From Lobosporangium transversale (Eukaryota), in assembly GCF_002105155.1 (NCBI RefSeq), contig NW_019028992.1:124001-188000 (forward strand): a stretch of DNA of 64,000 bases, in the 5' to 3' direction. Each line of letters starts with the position of its first letter. Within the stretch, counting starts at the first letter, position 1. The translations under genes were made by a program, and so were the position numbers. Of the stretch, positions 1 through 13,503 are shown in pieces. The notes below the pieces were generated by a model. That model was not told where the DNA came from. It saw only the letters and a list, made by a program, of their open reading frames with translations, and did no database searches.

Positions 1-437
1 CATTTTTCGTTTTCGCCATTAAAATGTAAAGAACGACTTTATGTTTATTAACACAATGGCTATAATGAATTCTTTTCTAAGTCATGCACATTGCAGGGGA
101 GCGGCCCGCTTTTATTCTTTTATCTCAGTCGTTTTTGCTGTGGGAGAAAAGAAGTAGAGCACTATACCATGATATGTCCATCATATACCTACCTCCATTC
201 CTTAAAAAGAGGAACCGTGTACGGCGTGTACGACAGAAGTATCCACCATTCAGGCTAACGGAATGCCTGATGAAAACACATGATTTCAATAGTCCGTTAT
301 AAAAGAAACCTTAATGTGCTCAATTTAGATAGAAGAGCCATTAAGACAAGGAAGAAGATGCATCGGATTATTCAGGGAAGGAAATTGGTTTGTAAAGTTG
401 AACCTGCCTGGATAGAAAAAGGCACCCGTGATCCACT

Positions 438-552
438 TTATCAGATCCTCACCTTTTATTTTACGCCCAGCAAAGTTGGTCTCAGGCAATAAAACAAACA
501 AACAAACCATCTGATAAAGAATAAAGTAATGCTCATACACCTATTCAGATAA
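438..552. promoter_or_regulatory. Cluster of ATCWGATAA (iron-responsive GATA repressor, SreA/Fep1/Sre1-type) motifs upstream of the ferric reductase
   Basis: TTATCAGAT at 438-446 (ATCTGATAA on the minus strand), ATCTGATAA at 509-517 and an 8/9 match TTCAGATAA at 544-552, all 380-500 nt upstream of the ATG at 935. Confidence 0.55.
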
Positions 553-934
553 CAGCTATTACTCATTGCATTCATTTCCCACAAACAAATCGCTAAGCTA
601 AATAAAAAAAAAATCAACTGTTTTCCCACTTTTAAAAGCGCGGCGGTCTTTTCTTTTCTTCTCTTTTCTTCTCTTTTTTTTTTTTTCTTTACTCTCTCCT
701 CCTTCTGTCATTGCTATCCTTTAATTTTTTGATCATTATAACGCCTACAGCCAAAAGACACGGGATTATTGGTAATCTTCCTACCCGCTTTGCTGTTGTG
801 TCCGTCCCTTCTTTTCATATTGGTTCAGCCCATCAACTTTTTCATCACTGACTGCTCTGCCACTTCCATCAGCCTGTCCTTTCTCATTATCTCATGCCTC
901 ACACCCGAACAACTACGTCAGTGTATTGTAGATT

Positions 935-3798
935 ATGAGGTTCCAAACAATCGCATTGGCCTCTGTGCTTGTCTTCACACTCTTCCTCCTTGTTGACTTT
1001 CGGCTAACATGGATGACAAGTACAGGTATTCGTGAACTCTATTACTACAACAAACGAGATCTGTATTTTATACTCTTGTTTGTCACGCCCGCATTTGTCA
1101 GCCACATCATCACCATTTGGGGGCATTATTATAAGGCAGATGTTCTCTTTCAAAAGAGCATTGCCAAGGTCTCGACAGCTGCACCCAAAAAACGTAAAGG
1201 GATCTCGAAATGGGATAAACATGACCCATGGCTTGGATACACAGGCCGCTACTGGGCGCTCGTCGCTCTGGCCTTTGTCTTGAACTTGATGTGGTTCATT
1301 CAACCCATAGCAGTGTATTTACCGGGAGGTGTCAAGTTTTTGGGGCTCTATGGTGCAATCACTGGTAAGATTGATGGTATTTTCACATCCTTTGAGCGAT
1401 TATTATTTTAAAAAACTGCTCAGCTGATTTGGAGGAATGTCTATTTCATCTTTTGCTTTCTGCCAAATGGGGATGACTCAATCTCTGATTAGCATATGTT
1501 GCATTTGGCAGTGGATACGCTGCGATGGGGTGCTGTGGCATGCTGCTACTCTTAATTCTCAGGCGATCAATGCTTCAGGCCCTTGGGTTTACTTATGCAG
1601 ATCTATTACCGATGCATCGAGGAATGGGTCTTCTCTTTGTCTTTTGGAGTGTCCTTCACACTATGTGCTATATCCTCTACTACATACACATCAACCATTT
1701 CTGGGAAAACTTCAACTTTGATGGCAATACGCGTGGACCGCAGAATCTTTTTGCCCTTGCAGCTTTGGTGAGTAACGAAGGCTAACGCTTATTGTCTGCA
1801 ACTTCATGTCATCGGTGTTCTGTTTTGTAGTGCATGTAATGAGCATGAGCTTCACACTGAAAAGGAAGGAGGTTTTTTGTTTTGTAGGCATCATTACTAG
1901 GTCTGGCGGTCACCGCGCTAGAGTGCGTCCGAAGGAACTGCTACCTGCTCTTTATCACGGCTCATCGCGTATTCACAGTTATCACCTTTGTGGGCACACT
2001 GATGCATTTTCCTTACTACATGATTTGGTATTATGTACTCCCCTCAGTATGTCTCTACCTTGCAGACCGTTTTGTACCAAAGTTCATCCAATCTATCTCC
2101 ATGGCCCCCGAGGTAGAATGTTCGTTCAACAAAGAGGCCGATATCTTGACTATGGTGTTGAGCTCTCGAGATAGGATGGAGCCTTTGAAGCCATACTATC
2201 CAGGCGACTATGTGAATGTGGAGATCCCCGAGTTGAGCATAGTGCCTCATCCATTCACGATTGCATCCTACTGGGCAGAGGATCCGTACTCAATGACACT
2301 CTACATCAGGACTTTCCAAGAGACTAGGACCAGTTGGACAGGTGCGCTCGCAAACATGTGCTGCGAAAGGGAGAAGGACCAGGATAGACCATTACTACTA
2401 AAGGCTAAAGTGGATGGTGTCTTTGGTGACCGAAACCATGATTACCTCAGTACTAAATACATGGTCATTTTTTCTGCGGGCGCTGCTATTACTACATTCA
2501 TGCCATTATTGAAAGCAATGGCGGCACAGATCGAAGCTGCAGCTAAGGTGCTGGACAATCCTGAAACAATTCGAGTCTATCTGATTTGCACATTCCGATA
2601 TGAGAGCGAATTGTACGCATATGGTGATTTTATGCATCGTATCATACATGACCATCGATTCAATTCTTGGTTGCACACTCAGATTTATATTTCCAGACCA
2701 GATAAGGGCACTCCACCGGTCGAGTGTCCAAGTGGACAGTGTTCGAGCGAATTTGTCTGTGGGCGCATCGAAAATGAAGAGAACGGAGATATAGTTGAGA
2801 GCGTCAAGGTTAAAGTGAGCGAGTCGACATCGTTGTTATCATATGGATTCAAGGGCAAATCGCGGTACGGTGCAATATCAACAAATTGTAGTGGACGTAA
2901 TGACCGTGGCAAAGGCTGTTGCATGGAAGCGGATACAGCTGTGTCTGCGGGCTCCAGCGCTAGCTCTATCACCCTCACTAGCAATACGTCCCCATGTGCC
3001 CCAGAGGCACAGACGATTGTGACATTTGCAGCTGCAGCAGCAGATCATGATGCGATCTATCGCCACAGAGCGTTACCAACCTTCCCAGCAGCATCCTCGT
3101 CCATCATTGCTACAGTTCATGCCAAAAAGGATCTAGTAGCAACAACACTTATTTTGATAGTTCCTATGTTTATTTATGTATGGGCCAGAGCTATTCCCTG
3201 GGAGGGAACATATAGGGGCGAAACACATTGGTGTCGAACAACCATAGAGCATGATCAACATATGACCAATCGTTGTTTGTGGTCGTATTCTATGCTTCCT
3301 GGATTCCTTCACATCATATCCGCATGCGTCTTCGGTTACTTGGGACTGTGGGTAGCAAGGAGCACCAACTTGTTTGGGCGTTCAGACAAACGATCGATTG
3401 CGAAAAGCAAAAGCACAAAACGATCTAATTTATCAGCTAGAGACGCATACAAGAATCTCTTGAATGGTTTAAGTGCATTAGACTTGGAGGCAGCAGTTGA
3501 TCGCTCTCTGCTTTATGACCGTCGTACCTCCGATGGCAATAATAATAGTCATCGTACTACCGAGGTACCTAAAGAAAGCATTCCGTTCTTGCGTGGTAGG
3601 ATCCAAGTGAACCATCATATTCAAGAGCTGAAGGGAATGGGGATAGGACTAGAGGACATGAACGATAATTTAGTAGGCCAAGGCGGCGATGTACTCGTCT
3701 TTGGAGGTGGTCCAGATGCATTTGTGAATATGATTGGGGAAAGCTGTAAGAAGGCGGCATGGAAGGTTGATTATCATCGCGAGACTTGGGCTCCATAA
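935..3798 (+). CDS. Ferric reductase-like (FRE/NOX superfamily) transmembrane flavocytochrome; exons 935-1364, 1493-1767, 1888-3798
   Basis: GT-AG introns 1365-1492 and 1768-1887 join the ORFs in frame. Two heme-ligand His pairs (HRGMGLLFVFWSVLH; HRVFTVITFVGTLMH), FAD motif HPFT, VDGVFG, NADPH loop SAGAAIT, C-terminal GGP and HRETW. Confidence 0.85.
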
Positions 3799-3940
3799 AG
3801 AGAAACTTGCGTGTATGATTATAAGGGTGGAAGATACAATACTTTTCATAATATACCCCATTGAAAAACTGCATAGATTCGATGTTTTATAGATTTTTTT
3901 TATTAGTTAGTTAAATGTAGAATCAATAAAAGCAGATGAG

Positions 3941-5185
3941 CTAAGATTTCTGTTCGAGTACAACTTCAATGGTGCCAGACATGGCCAAACCACCCTGTGG
4001 ATTCTCAACCCAGACCTCATAGCTCTCAGCGACATCAGCATCCATAGTAGGAACGACGGACATGCTCTTCGCACAGATTTTGATGGGCTGATCGACATAG
4101 AGTGGACTCAGTGCACGATAATGAAAATTTTTGATGATCAATCCTGGCTTGAGATGTCGACGCAGATTCTCGATCATGAAGGTCGCTGTCAAAGGACCAT
4201 GCACCAAACAGCCTTACCATTTTTTTTATCAAGGTAATTGTTTGTGTTCAGTTTAAAGCGAAAAGTTTTCGAACAAATAAATTTAACAAAGTATAATAAC
4301 ATCCAAAAGTTTACCTGGGTGATCTTCAACTTTGTTGGCATATTCATGATCAAAGTGGATGCGATGGCTGTTAAACGTCAAGGCAGAATAACGGAATAAA
4401 AGGATGGTGCTGGGATGGATCATCGCGGAAAAATCAGCCTCTTTCCGGGCTTTATCCAAAAAAAAGAAAAAAAAAAAAAAAAAAACATCAGCTTATCTTG
4501 TCGATCCGGGAAAAGATGACAAAGACGAGATTCCATAAAAAAATAACAAAAAGCGAGATTTACGTTTGACAACTTTGGGGGTTGTATGGGTGCTCTTCTT
4601 TTGATCCTTTTCCATGTAAACCAAAGTCCTAGTGTCTGTCAAGGCCCAGCCGCTCTCGTTCTCGATCTGCTTTTCAAGATTGACAAAGACCATGGTGTCG
4701 CCTGATCGGCTTTGTTTGATATCGACACCAGTGCACTTCGTTTTCATCAATATTTCTTGTCCAATACGAAGCAGATTAGAAGGATTCTGTTCCACACCAC
4801 CACCTGCCCACATACGTGCCAAGAAGGGTGCAGGAGGCGCGTGGGTTATTTCATATCCATCTTGGCCCAGATCATTTTCACCAATCATGGGTGGGAAGAA
4901 GATATGGTGCCAATTGACAGGCAGGACTGTACCCTTTTTAAACAACGGTGATTGTGAAGAAGGAGTAGTTTTGTCAAGGGTCATAGCTAGTTGATGTACG
5001 GTCTGGGACCGGATTGTGTCGCGTTCGACCAGGACAGATTTTTTAAGGACAGTAACTTTCCAATCATGGATGATATCAGTAGCAGAGGTTGTGGAATCGA
5101 TTGTGGACAGCGGGCGCAACAAATGAGTAGAGTTGAAATTGAAAGTGGTTGTTCTGAGGAAACACGTCGGTCGAGTGAGCAGCAT
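3941..5185 (-). CDS. Mitochondrial-type 3-hydroxyacyl-thioester dehydratase (HTD2-like, MaoC double hot-dog fold), 3 exons
   Basis: Arg/Thr-rich presequence-like N-terminus and RMWAGG. The middle exon (about 4315-4450) encodes LFRYSALTFNSHRIHFD and the last exon encodes LVHGPL...YRALSPLY. Confidence 0.85.
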
Positions 5186-5505
5186 GAGGAAACCAATTAG
5201 AAAGAATGAAATACAAACGGTGAATGGTGTATAGAAGCTTCAGAATATCAAAAGGTGAGAAAGAACTTGTAGACGAGTAGCTTTAATAGAGTGGCTTGCT
5301 CCATGATCCTCGTCTTCCCATGTGAACATGTCCCCCAACTGTCAATAAAGCTTCCTTTTTCCTTTCTTCTCTTTTTTCTTGCTTCATTCTGTATTTCATC
5401 CTTTTATTCATTCACTCATTCATCCTCTCCAGAGGTTGTGTTCTCTACTTTTATTTTTTTAATAGTATTCAGCAACTTTCTACAATTATCATTTCACCAA
5501 ACATA

Positions 5506-8500
5506 ATGTCGCCTATCGTAGACTCACAACGAAACCAATCCATCAGTAATGGGAATGCTGATACAACTACTGCCACTATTAAGCAGACATTTGCTCGTAT
5601 CCACTCAAAGCTCATGATCCGTCCTGAGGAATCATTACCACGGGACCAGAGCTCTGCTGCCACGCTCGCTAGACTAAACAACACTATCCAGGTCACTCGA
5701 GCTGTCTGGAACCAGCTCTGTGGAGATGGAAGGGGACATGCTGCGGATATAAATGGTAAAGATATCAATTGATTCAGCTGTCGGGATTAGTGGGTGGCCA
5801 ATTGATTTGTTTAAAGTTACTGCAGGTTTTCCCCGCTCAACAGAGTGGAGTCCCCACTTCGTCAAAAAACTAGCGTGCCTGTGACTCGGCCGAAATTCGA
5901 TTTTATCTCTCTAATTTTCATTCCATTCTCTAACATTGTAACAAATGTAACAAATCAGGTTCGGTTCCGGTTGCGATCGTAGTCTCCCACGACTCCTTTC
6001 AGATGCACCTCACTGAAGACACCCCAAAGCCCTTGATGACAGCTATCATCAGCCGAGCCGTACCCCTTATCTCCTCCATTGACGGATATATGCCTGAGGT
6101 TGGTCATAGATATCGCCATTGGCATATCATCGCTTGTCATTACAAGAACACTGTCTATCCACTTTATATTAACAACCGCAATGATAATAATGGTACTATA
6201 GAGTACAGAAAGTGAATGCTTTGTCACTGCTGAGTTTGTTAGGACATACATGCCGTTGATCGGACTAGAGAACCAGACTCAGATCACCATTCAGAAGACA
6301 GACCTGATAGTTTTAGATGAAATCATTTTAGCTGCAACTACGCCTGAGGCATACGAGATTATTTCCACAGGTTTATTTCATTGTTCCAAAAGGTTTTTAC
6401 TATTTCTACAACAAAGCCTGTAGAGTTAAAGCTAACACAATTCTCATTGATGATAGATCCAACACTGATCTCAAACCACTTTTTACCAGAGGGGAGCGAG
6501 CCTGTCATCATCCGTTACGAGCAGATTTACAACATCCAAGGGCCTTCGGGGGTGTTATTACCTGTCAAAGTCCTTATGTGTAACTCTGTTCTACAAGGAA
6601 TTATGGAAGAAGAAACTAGCATCATTTTTACAGATATGGCAGGACAGCTTCTGGATCAGCCTACTACAGTCGACATTTTCAGATCAGTGATCCCTAGTAG
6701 TCAGTTAAACATTTTTGAAGACGAGGCAGATCCCTTTGGTTTTGATGGAAATTTTATCGCCTCTCGCTTCCTCAATAAAGATACCCATCACATAGGTCCT
6801 AAGAGCACATTTAAGGACCTTCACTTTTCTGTAGAGGATTTGGAGGATGATGATGACGAGGATGAAGAAGAGGAAGAGGACAACAATACCTTTTCGGATG
6901 TGATGGAGGACTCTGGCGATGAGATCGATGGCAGAAAGATCCACAGGAAGGTCAATGGGCATGCCAAACGCATCAGATCTCTATCCGGACAATTAGGGCC
7001 TGTAGAGGAGAAGAAGAAAATGCCAGTCAAGAGAACATCGATTGACTTTTCACCATGGATTCAAAATGGCCACTACTCTTCACATAAATTGTCGCCTCAG
7101 CCTGCCCCTGAAGACGACCCTGAAGCACGGATCTTTGTCGATGTGGCACAGTTGGGTAAACTAAGGGTTTTCAGTGGTGACTGGGTATGCACTTCATTCT
7201 TTATGTTCTCTAGAGATTGTAATAATTTGCATAAAGGCAAAAAAAAAAAAAAAAAAGACGAGGTGTTTAATATTTATGATTTACTTATAGGTTACTATAT
7301 CCTCCAAAGAACCTGTTGCATGCAAAAGGCTCTGCAGGATTTATGGGTTATCATTATCTACATTAAACTCCACCAAAGGACAGCCAAGGGTCTATGTGCC
7401 TGCAGGACTTCATTTCAATCTTGGGACACCATCCACCCTCACTATTGATGCAGCACACCTCAAACCAGACGAGCCAGTAGTCGCCAAAGCAGTCACAGTC
7501 GCTAGGGTTGCTTCACCAGCAACAGTTGATAAAGCATTACAAACAGCCTGTCTTGAGGCTTTGAAGGAGTGGTTTGAAGAGTACGAGCGCGTTGTATGCG
7601 AAGGTGATATCATCGGCATTGAGGTTGACGAAGAGGCTGCTAAACTCATCCCCAAACAGCTCAGCCCAACAGACGCAACCGTCATTGATGCTCGGTAGGC
7701 TTTTTAACCCTTGGCAAAAAAAAAAAAAAAAAAAAAAGATGGGGGGGGGACAGAGAAAGACAAAAAAAAGAATGAAGAAATGTTATAGACCACTAACTAT
7801 TTTCTGGTCGTATTCTGTCCACAATGATTGAAAGTTTACCTCTGGACCCATCCGATATGAAGACAATGGTTTACTTCAAATTGACACATTTGGAAGATTC
7901 TGGAAAACCCAACAAACACACTCAACTTGTTGACCCTTCTGTCACAAAGATGATCCAGTCTGGACTTGAACATACAAGGGTCCCTTCAAAATTGAGACGT
8001 AATGCCCAAAGTCCTGCCATCCCGGCACTGAATGATCCTTCAGCACCTCAGGCATTTTCTCAGCTTTATCAACTTGTATCTTCAGGATTGCATCCATTTT
8101 CTTCCAAACTGGGCCTAAATTGCACGGTTTTGTTACACGGTGCTCGAGGCATTGGAAAAAAGACGGTTGTAGGTTGGGTGGCTGATCTTGCAGGAATCCA
8201 TCTAATGGAAGTCAATTGTTTCGATATCGTCAACGATACAGACGCCAAGACCGAAGTGGCTGTGCGTGCTAAATTTGACAAGGCTGTGGCGTGCGGACCA
8301 TGCATTCTTCTTCTTCAACATATTGATGCATTGGCCAGGAAGAGTGTGGCTTTAGAGACCGGTCAAGGTAATTCTGGGCCGTGACCTTTACGCATGTGAT
8401 TTCTCAATGACAAATCTTTGGAGCCTATCGGTCGTGGCTTACTGACTTGTATATATCATTCTGTTGATGTAGAGCCCATCTTATCAACCGTCCTCAAAGA

Positions 8501-10359
8501 TTGTTTCACGCAGTTGGGGGATTCCTTCAAGACAATGGGACATCCAGTAACAGTTGTTGCAACAACAAGTGATATTGATAAGGTCCCTACATCAGTCTTG
8601 GGATGCTTCTTGCACGAGATCGGATTCGACGCCCCTAATGAAGCACAGCGTCTTGCTATCCTCAAGAACCTCACTCTATCCACACCTTTGGGACCAGATG
8701 TTTCTCTAAACTCGCTTGCGACCCAGACAGCTGCCCTTGTAGCTAAAGATTTGGTTGATTTGACTGGACGCGCTGGTCTCGTCGCCATTGAGCGCGTGGA
8801 AAAGTCAATGTAAGGCTGGCCAATTTTTTTTTTTTTTTTTTTTTTTTTTCATATTGTTGATAATCCAATTTGGTCTAAATTGAATGTTCGCATTAAATAC
8901 ATAGTGAGAGCTGGAATAAGTGCTATATCTCTGAGCAGAGTCTAGTCAATGCTGGTGTGACAGTAACCGCAACAGACTTTGACGTTGCATTGAATAAGGC
9001 TCGCGCATCCTATTCCGATTCGATTGGTGCGCCAAAGATCCCAAATGTTACTTGGGATGATGTTGGAGGTCTTGCCTCAGTCAAGAATGACATTCTTGAC
9101 ACAATTCAATTACCGTTAGAGCATCCAGAGCTGTTCGCCAGCGGGCTCAAAAAGCGCTCTGGTATTTTGCTGTATGGTCCACCAGGAACTGGCAAGACCT
9201 TGCTTGCTAAAGCTGTAGCAACATCGTGCTCACTCAACTTCTTCTCTGTGAAGGGTCCAGAGCTGCTTAACATGTATATTGGCGAGTCTGAAGCCAATGT
9301 TCGCAGAGTCTTCCAGCGTGCTCGTGATGCAAAACCCTGCGTCATCTTTTTTGATGAGTTGGACTCTGTTGCACCTAAGCGTGGAGAGAAGGGAGACTCT
9401 GGTGGTGTTATGGATCGTATTGTTAGTCAATTGCTTGCCGAACTGGATGGTATGAATGGTGGCGAAGGGTCTGGAGATGTCTTTGTGATTGGAGCTACGA
9501 ATCGGCCTGATCTACTTGACCCCGCTCTGCTACGACCTGGACGATTTGACAAACTACTCTATCTAAGTGTCAGCACCAAGCATGAAGAACAACTTCGTAT
9601 CATCCAGGCATTGACACGCAAGTAAGTGCACTTATGACAAGGCCAGAAGACACGGGTTTAATTTCTTTTCTTTTTTAATATTGTTATATCTGATATTAAG
9701 TTGGTACGACTTTTTGTATTCTACTCTTTTAAGATTCCGTCTTCATCCTTCATTGGATTTGACCAAAGTGGCTGAAAAATGCCCGTTCAACTACACAGGA
9801 GCAGACTTTTATGCACTGTGCTCGGACGCCATGCTTAAGGCCATGTCCCGTACTGCAAATTCAATTGAGAGCCGTGTCGGTATGTCCACAGCTTCATACT
9901 AGGCCACGGGTAAATGAGTTTATAGTTGGTGCAACAACTAGTTAACCTTTTTTTTTTTTTTTTTTTTTGTTTTGTTTATATGTCCAAGTTGCAATCAACG
10001 GCGACGAAACATCGACACTTCCACGCCCAATCACTTCACAGTACTACCTTGATCATCTTGCAACACCCGAAGAGATTCTAGTACAAGTAACGGAAGAGGA
10101 TTTTGACAAAGCCCTTGCAGAATTGATTCCATCCGTGTCAGCACAGGAGCTTGAGCACTACAGACAAGTCCAAAAGATGTTCAACAGTGATGACTTTGCC
10201 AGAGATATGGAAGCAGCAGCAGAGGAAGAAGCTAAGAAGAAAGAGAAGGCTGAGGTGATAAAGCAACAACAGGCGGATGATTTAGAGAAAAAAGAACTTG
10301 TGGAAAATTCTTCACCTGGAAGAGGCAAGGGCAAAGGAAAGGGCAAACATAGAAAATAA
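5506..10359 (+). CDS. PEX6: Peroxisomal biogenesis AAA ATPase PEX6, multi-exon
   Basis: Degenerate D1 Walker A ([10 protein letters not shown]) and intact D2 ([15 protein letters not shown]), with [43 protein letters not shown] and [12 protein letters not shown]-terminal exons join through GT-AG introns (e.g. 5756-5958). Confidence 0.93.
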
Positions 10360-10467
10360 AAGAGCCAAGAATTTGGAGTATGTTTAATCAAGAGTATAAA
10401 TATTAGATTTTTTTTATCTTTCTTACAAGCAATAAAAAGTAAATCATATGTCTGATAAAGAAAAAAA

Positions 10468-11777
10468 TCAACAATTTAAAAAGATCCCACGGCGCTTTTC
10501 AGCTTCTCGGACCTCGAACTGTATCTGCGCACAGACAAAGAGAGCACTGCAGCAGCCTAACATGGTCAACCAGCCATCGAAGGAGGAGAAGAGATCTAAG
10601 AGCATATGCTTGGTGCCGTCGAGGCCAATACAGAACCCAACTAGGTTAGCAATCATCATCAACAGAATGTTACCGACTGCGCCAAATGCACAAAGATGTC
10701 TATAGTAGGGCCATGTTCCCCACTTTTTAGTTGTATGTATCAATTACCAGAAAAAAAAAAAGATCCGTCAGCGCTTTTTTATGTTGAAAAAGTAAAATAG
10801 ATATGTATACAAGATTGAATTTCCCTTTTTTCTTTTTTTACCTTCTTCTTCGAAAAGACTTTACTTGCAATAATCTCAGGCAGGATAAAGAGCGAGATGA
10901 GCCAACCCCAGGCTAAGAGTCTCAGCTGAATATCATGCCAAATGGCTACAAATGTGAAAACAACCCAAATGTTGTACATGGCATATTGCGTTCCACCAAG
11001 GGGGACGTAGAGATAGCGAATGATCCAAAGATTAAAGCTCTTATGCCAACTTCTCCAGAATCCTAAGGCTGAATAATTATTGGTGACACAACGGATCATA
11101 TTCTCCGGAGGTTCGATCCCATCTAGCATGGCCCAGAGTCGGAAGAACCTCCAAATGATCAAAAGCTTGAGCCAGATCAGGATGAGGTTGAAGAGACCGA
11201 TCATACATATTTGTAGAATAGGATCGTTGTCCCAGGCTTGTCGTCTACTAATGGCAACCATATACATGTAGTGATTAATGAATTCCATCGTCAGAAGCGC
11301 GAACACCAGACGGCCGAACCACATTCCTAATGTCTTCAGAGGGATCTCTTTGGGATGTCGTAACTAGCATGATGAACAAGAGTAGATAAAAGGTCAAAAA
11401 AAAAAAAAAAAAAAAAAAAAGTAGGCAAATGGCAATAGTATGTACAACTGGGCAAAATATATATGTGTAAAGCAAAAGAAGGTGTATGTACCTGAGAGAC
11501 AAAGTCGTTGAAGGTGATGATGGGGCCCGCAATAAACAAGGGCGCATACAATGCATAGGCCAAGTAGTAAGTAAAGCAATAGTCTCCACGAGCAGAAGGT
11601 GTTGAGACTCGTTCCTTATCACTCTGAGGCACTCTGTTATCATGATCCACCTTTTCTATGCCAACATGTCAAGGAGGGCCATTAGAAAAAAAAAAGAAGA
11701 GTGGAGTGGAGCCGTGAGTCATCGTTTCAATTGGTTCTGGAAAGACAATCCGTGTCCGATGAGATGTTCTTCAAGTC

Positions 11778-11808
<31 letters not shown>

Positions 11809-12908
11809 GTTGTTTTTACCGTGATAATTCCCTTAAATGTAGGATGATGGAAAGACCAATAGTAGTCCATGTTGAAAGAGACGAGTCTGAGCATTGTAAA
11901 ATTAAAATGGACATCCCATCGTCTGTTGACACCTCTGTTCTCATCCAACCAGGCCAACGATTCATGAAAATCCCTAAAGTTGTATCCATCATAGGCTTCA
12001 TTTAAGAATAGGATGATAAGATTAAACGTCCACGTGGCTACAGGCATCCACCTGGCCCCTTGACCCATTTTGGCGATCAGATAGTTGACTATAACAATAG
12101 CACCAATCTTGAGGATACTGTTTCCAAACATGTAATAAAGATATACCAAGGAGAACATGAGGAAGAAATAGGTCCGGAAAAGAGGTTGAAGGGGCTGTTG
12201 TAGTAATGAAAAGCCTTTGGATACTGATGTCGACATTGATGATGATAAAGGGAGAAAGGATGATGAAGGGATAAGGGCCTTGAAGAGATGACTGAGAGGG
12301 ATGTAAACACAGACGACTCCGACGAGTGTTGGGAGGTTGTTCCTAAAGCCTGCATACTGGCCATCACTATTATCCTGAACATTTCAAATAATGAATCAAG
12401 GTAAGAAAATGCTTGTATCACGAAGTAAATCGTTTTGTCCTACAACTCTTTTTTAATACCCCATACCACTTTGTAACCAAAGAAGCCCTCCGAGAGTAGA
12501 TCGCTGTATTTTTCATAGTTAGGGTTATCTTCTATAAAATTGAGCCAAGAATGGTTCAGTATGCATCTTCTTTGTCTGCTGCAATTGCCCTTACTCTTTC
12601 TTTCTTTCTTTCTTTTTTCTTTTCGTTAATTTACCAGAGCTAGCATCATGGGCTGATTTAAACATATATGGCAGGCAGAAAGCAAAGACGAGGTAGTAAA
12701 AATAGAACTCTTTGGTATTCCACAATGCTGGGTTTGTACTCCTATCCTGTCCACGTTTGGAGTGCTTGTTCGTTGAGATGGGTTCATAATGATGATGAGA
12801 TTGAATGGAATGTCCAACAAATGCAGCCGCGTCATCTTGGCCTAGATGGGTCTCTGCTGAATGAGAGCTGATGTCGAGCAGACGATGGTGCTCTTGCCCT
12901 GCTTGCAT
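10468..12908 (-). CDS. GUP1: MBOAT membrane-bound O-acyltransferase, GUP1/HHAT-like, multi-exon
   Basis: [71 protein letters not shown] and catalytic FVAIWHD. Confidence 0.9.
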
Positions 12909-13376
12909 TTTACTCTATATCCTTTTCGCTTGTCCCCTTTTGCTTTGTTTGCTTGATGATGAAGAGTGTGAATGGGTAATTAAGGTCGAGATGAAAAAGG
13001 AAAAAAAAGACGTTCTATTTCTCCTTTCCCCTGTGAATGCAAATGCAAAAACCTTAAACGAATCAAAGAATTTTGGTGGCAACAATTGACACCATCTGCA
13101 ATATGCAATGTTCAGTAATAGGAGAGCATGGTGTATAGGTGTATAGGTGCAATTGAATCCTAATGCAAATCCTGCAACGCTCAAATACAATGCTATTCAT
13201 ATTCACATAACATTGGTCATCTCTGACTACACTTGTTGAAAACAAAAAGAAAAGGAAAGAAAGAAATAGTAAAAAGCGCATCTGCCTTTTATTTTTTAAA
13301 CAGAAGCATTGTTGGTGAGAAAGTTGCACCATTGCCCGTCACAGATGACACATCGACTCGGAACTTCCCCGTCTTA

Positions 13377-13380
<4 letters not shown>

Positions 13381-13447
<67 letters not shown>
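13381..13447. repeat. (CT)n microsatellite just upstream of HOM6
   Basis: Uninterrupted CT dinucleotide run of about 67 nt. Confidence 0.97.
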
Positions 13448-13454
<7 letters not shown>

Positions 13455-13503
13455 TCTTTAATTCAAACCACATTCTTTATTACATTCCAAAAACAGTTAC
13501 ATC

